From assembly GCA_965140415.1 (NCBI GenBank), contig OZ223209.1, forward strand, positions 576,001-640,000: a stretch of DNA of 64,000 nucleotides, written 5' to 3'. Positions 60,809-64,000 of this stretch are shown here, piece after piece (the stretch's first letter is position 1; the number at the start of each line of letters is the position of its first letter). Under the pieces are notes generated by a model, which was not told where the DNA came from, did no database searches, and saw only the letters and a list, made by a program, of their open reading frames with translations. Origin of the DNA: Myxococcota bacterium. Its GTDB lineage: Bacteria; Myxococcota_A; SURF-8. Both the position numbers and the translations under genes were made by a program.

Positions 60809-60964
60809 ATGGCAGATTCAAAAAAACATGCTGAGCAACAGGATGAGGCCAAACGGCCCTACCAAAAGCCGGAAGTGAAAAGCGCTAAAATATTCGAGAG
60901 GTTAGCTCTTGGGTGTGGGCTGGCTACCGTTCCTCCTTGCCGTCCTCCGGCGAAATCCGGCTGA
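60809..60964 (+). CDS. Putative RiPP precursor peptide (51 aa)
   Basis: GAGG RBS; MADSKKHAEQQDEAKRPYQKPEVKSAKIFERLALGCGLATVPPCRPPAKSG with YxxP leader motif and two-Cys Pro-rich tail; between promoter and kinase. Confidence 0.78.
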   Translation: MADSKKHAEQQDEAKRPYQKPEVKSAKIFERLALGCGLATVPPCRPPAKSG

Positions 60965-60997
60965 TACCGCAGCATTTTGGGGAACACGTTCTAACAG

Positions 60998-61846
60998 ATG
61001 GTTGTTTTTTCCATAGCTGGCCTTGGTTTTTCCCTACAGGCGGATGAAGAGCTCTACGCCCCGGTGATTGGGAAGTACCTTTCTGCGTTCACATCTTCAG
61101 CCTCAACGGAAACAGAGACAGAAGCAAAGGTAGACTGGCGCATCGAATTGGATGCGAATGTCGAGGCTCGTTTCGGTCCCGGCGGACACGCCGAAGCCAT
61201 CTATATTTCTACGGAAACGGGATATCATATACAGGTCGATGGGGGCATGAGCGCCGAGATCAGCAACGAGGGACGGCGCGTGGATATGCGCGTGTCGGAG
61301 TCCTACGTTCGCGGCGGAGCCAAGTACGCCTGGATCCCCTTGTCGTCGTTGTTGCGCGTCTATCTTTCTTTCGAACTGCCACGGTTGGGAGGGCTGGTGT
61401 TGCACGGTTCCTCATTGGCCGATGGCCACTCGGGTCGTTTGTTTCTTGGCGAAAGTGGCGCAGGGAAATCGACCGTCTGCGATTTGTCCCAGGATCATCT
61501 GATTTTCTGCGATGAAATTTCCATCGTGCGGCAAACGAACGACGGTTGGCACCTTTACCCGACCCCCTTCTTTTCCCGCGAGGAACGCCAGAATCGCCAG
61601 TTGCAGCCTCTTCCACTAGCCGGTGTATATCTGCTGAACCAGGCGCAAGACGATCGCCTGCAAGCCTTGCCGATTGCGGAAGCCTTACCCGGACTGTTAG
61701 CTTGTACGCTCAGTTTCGGCGAGGAACGCGAGCATCATGACCGTGTGTTGGATCAGGCAGTCGCCCTGCTTACGAACGTTCCTGCCCGGCGCATGCATTT
61801 TACCCGCAGCCCGGCCTTCTGGGATCGGATTCATCAAGACAGCTAG
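60998..61846 (+). CDS. HPr kinase-related P-loop protein (ScmC / HprK-rel / lasso kinase-like)
   Basis: GLVLHGSSL, FLGESGAGKST Walker A, CDEISIV, TPF. Confidence 0.85.
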   Translation: MVVFSIAGLGFSLQADEELYAPVIGKYLSAFTSSASTETETEAKVDWRIELDANVEARFGPGGHAEAIYISTETGYHIQVDGGMSAEISNEGRRVDMRVSESYVRGGAKYAWIPLSSLLRVYLSFELPRLGGLVLHGSSLADGHSGRLFLGESGAGKSTVCDLSQDHLIFCDEISIVRQTNDGWHLYPTPFFSREERQNRQLQPLPLAGVYLLNQAQDDRLQALPIAEALPGLLACTLSFGEEREHHDRVLDQAVALLTNVPARRMHFTRSPAFWDRIHQDS

Positions 61847-61910
61847 TAAGTTAAGTGGTTGGAATTGCATTCTAATCCGGCATCAGGATAGTGCGGGATT
61901 GCATCCCTAT

Positions 61911-61941
61911 TGTTGGAGCATGGGCTCCTGTCCTGCTCCAA
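61911..61941. repeat. 31-bp palindromic repeat, inverted copy at 63552-63582
   Basis: TGTTGGAGCATGGGCTCCTGTCCTGCTCCAA. Confidence 0.9.
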
Positions 61942-61945
61942 TATT

Positions 61946-63415
61946 TCAGCGTTTCTTACGTGCTTGACATTCCGAGAAGCGGCTCTTTAGTTCCGGGTGT
62001 TTGCACAAATCGATGCCGTACAGAGCATTTCCATGACCGGATTCCCGATTTCTTCCATCTCGCCAAACGACCAGTGGTCCCCACATGCGGGCCAGCACCT
62101 GATCTCCGAATGAGTTGCTTAGGTTCCACTCTTCTCCTGTTGGAAGATAACGGAGATAAACATCACCCAATCCCTGCTTCAAGCAGCAAGTATCTTGGCT
62201 GTCATCTCCAACTCCACCTTCATTGCAAGTCGTAAATAGTAGCCAGTCTTCCCAAACGTCATCCACAAAATAGTCGATATAACCTTCGTTCAATTTAAAT
62301 GGCGTTACTTCCGATGTATCCAAATCGTATTTATAGATGGAAACTCCACAAAAACTCCCGGGATCAGGTGAATTATTTAAATCGGAGATATAAAAATCTT
62401 TCTCCCATTGAGCCATCGTTCCAACAGGATAGTTGAAGCTAGCTAAAACAGTCTCCGTACCATCAGAAATTGCAAAACGTATCAGTTCCTTTAGACCATT
62501 TACCCACACAATATATTTTTCAGAGACAGTAAACAATGAAACCCCACTGGCACTTTGATCAATTTGAATTTCTTTGCCGGCACCGTCCAATGAGTATAGA
62601 TGCCCAGTATAATCATCTTCGGGCCTTTTTTGCGCAATCCAAAAAATTTTATCTCCATAGATATCCTGATTAAATTTAGCCGTTCGACTATCTGAAATCA
62701 AAGTGCGTTCAATGTGATTCAGCGAACTCTTCCAAAGTGTTCCCCAATACTGTGTTAATTCGGGAGTTTGCTCTTCAGTCTCTTTCCATACAAAAATATT
62801 GTCTCTAAGACCTCCGTAAATTGACACTGCACTTGAGCCATTTAATTGAACAGATTTCTTTAAAGAGTAACTGTATAAAAACAACCCTGTTGATGTTGAT
62901 AAATTCGCCAGGTCAAAGAGAATCCAATCTTCTCATATTCCAAGAACGTGAAGAGAACGAAGATTCTTTTCTCCAATCCGAAACTCACCGTTTTCATTTG
63001 TATAGACGAAGGGAAGACCCGCCAGACAAGGGTAATTCTCAGATCCATCACAAGGTTTTAAATGAGCCATGGCTTCGGGAAGCTCATTAGCTTCATGTCG
63101 ATCAGAGTCTAAATCAGTATCTCCGTCGATACTGACTTCCACACAACTGGTCTTATCCTGCTGGATATATCCCTGGGGGCAGTCGCAAATGGCGTAGCCG
63201 TTAACTTTCTTGCAGGTTCCGGGTGAGCAATCGATGCCTTGGCAAACAGAAGGAAGTTCATCCGTCTCTTTGTCAAGTTGATCCTGATCGGAAGCTTCAA
63301 GGTCACCGTCTGAGTTTGGTGTATCCAAATCTGTCGGATCGGCGGGATCGGAAGAGCAGGAGGCGAGAAAGACAACAACGAATCCGAGTGCCCAAACCCA
63401 GGATTTGACTGACAT
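61946..63415 (-). pseudogene. Low-GC lipoprotein (EGF-like + TolB/archaeal-surface-type propeller) interrupted by in-frame TGA at 62933-62935
   Basis: ORFs 62933-63427 and 61946-62884 are in the same frame, joined by GI*EDWILFDLANLSTSTGLFLYSY; lipobox LASC; CDCPQGY EGF-like; WGPLVVWRDGRN repeat. Confidence 0.8.
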
Positions 63416-63440
63416 ATTTCGCTCCAAATTACCTCCCCAG

Positions 63441-63501
63441 CATCGTGCGGGATTGTATCCTGCACGTAACGTTTCGGATCAGGATTCAATCCTGATCCAT
63501 C
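63441..63501. repeat. ~60-nt two-hairpin dispersed repeat, copy 3
   Basis: CATCGTGCGGGATTGTATCCTGCACGTAACGTTTCGGATCAGGATTCAATCCTGATCCATC. Confidence 0.85.
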
Positions 63502-63551
63502 ATAAGGATCATGAAGGTTGGGGTTCCCGTCCCGACCAAGATAACAAACAG

Positions 63552-63582
63552 TTGGAGCAGGACAGGAGCCCATGCTCCAACA
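63552..63582. repeat. 31-bp palindromic repeat, inverted copy of 61911-61941
   Basis: TTGGAGCAGGACAGGAGCCCATGCTCCAACA is the exact reverse complement. Confidence 0.9.
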
Positions 63583-63873
63583 GAAGAGACGCTGCTCCAA
63601 CAAATAGGCCCATACTCCAACGGAGACCGCCAAACCCCAATATGATCGGCTCTGAAGGATATCAACCTCGCCATTGTAAACGAAGCAATGGAATTTACGC
63701 AAAAGTCAAATAAAGGTTTTTCTTGCATTTCACGCCAAACTCCTGGAAATTAATTCACACTTTGGTCGGTCTTGCGTCGTAAAATCCTTGACAGTTGGGG
63801 ATTAATCCTCTATTAGGATACGTTCATGTTTGGGGGGTGGTGGTGGCGTATGCCAATTTGTGAGGATTTGTGA

Positions 63874-64000
63874 ATGTTTGATCAACTATCGGACAGACTA
63901 GCCGATACCTTCAAGTCGCTTCGCGGGCAAGGCAAGCTGACGGAGAAGAATATCGAGGACGCAGTCCGAGAAGTGCGCATGTCCTTTTTGGAAGCGGACG
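63874..64000 (+). CDS. ffh: Signal recognition particle protein (5' fragment)
   Basis: Hand translation MFDQLSDRLADTFKSLRGQGKLTEKNIEDAVREVRMSFLEAD, the Ffh N-domain; GAGGA RBS. Confidence 0.93.
   Translation, partial: MFDQLSDRLADTFKSLRGQGKLTEKNIEDAVREVRMSFLEAD

Noticed and set aside
62933-62935. Selenocysteine or genome-wide TGA recoding
   Set aside because: Context predicts Trp, not Cys; no SECIS recognised; TGA terminates many clear genes here

Overview
A GC-rich region from a diderm (LPS-making, kdsA/kdsB) bacterium. The Cys-rich and acidic lipoprotein repertoire looks deltaproteobacterial/Myxococcota-like, which is inference only. Housekeeping blocks (panB, feo operon with DtxR-FeoA repressor, kdsAB, nadK-recN, HIT, NfeD-SPFH, hisC-like, MoxR-DUF58-vWA, apt, ffh start) alternate with many large secreted lipoproteins sharing Asp-Gly-Asp (DGD) tracts. 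Most notable: (1) a RiPP-like cassette in which a stand-alone PqqD/RRE gene and a 51-aa YxxP-leader peptide plus an HprK-like kinase bracket a 2856-aa Ig/FG-GAP surface lipoprotein; (2) an extended, apparently membrane/export-linked AmmeMemoRadiSam operon with two small proteins sharing a GxLSDxPARHY motif and a frameshifted amrS; (3) two Kazal/antistasin-like Cys-rich lipoproteins, each behind a sigma-54-type promoter; (4) a low-GC lipoprotein gene broken by an in-frame TGA and flanked by 31-bp inverted repeats; (5) an IS200 element and several REP-like palindrome families. No rRNA, tRNA or CRISPR array was recognised. All family assignments come from motif recognition by eye, not database searches. 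Several start codons were moved from the ORF track on RBS/promoter evidence.
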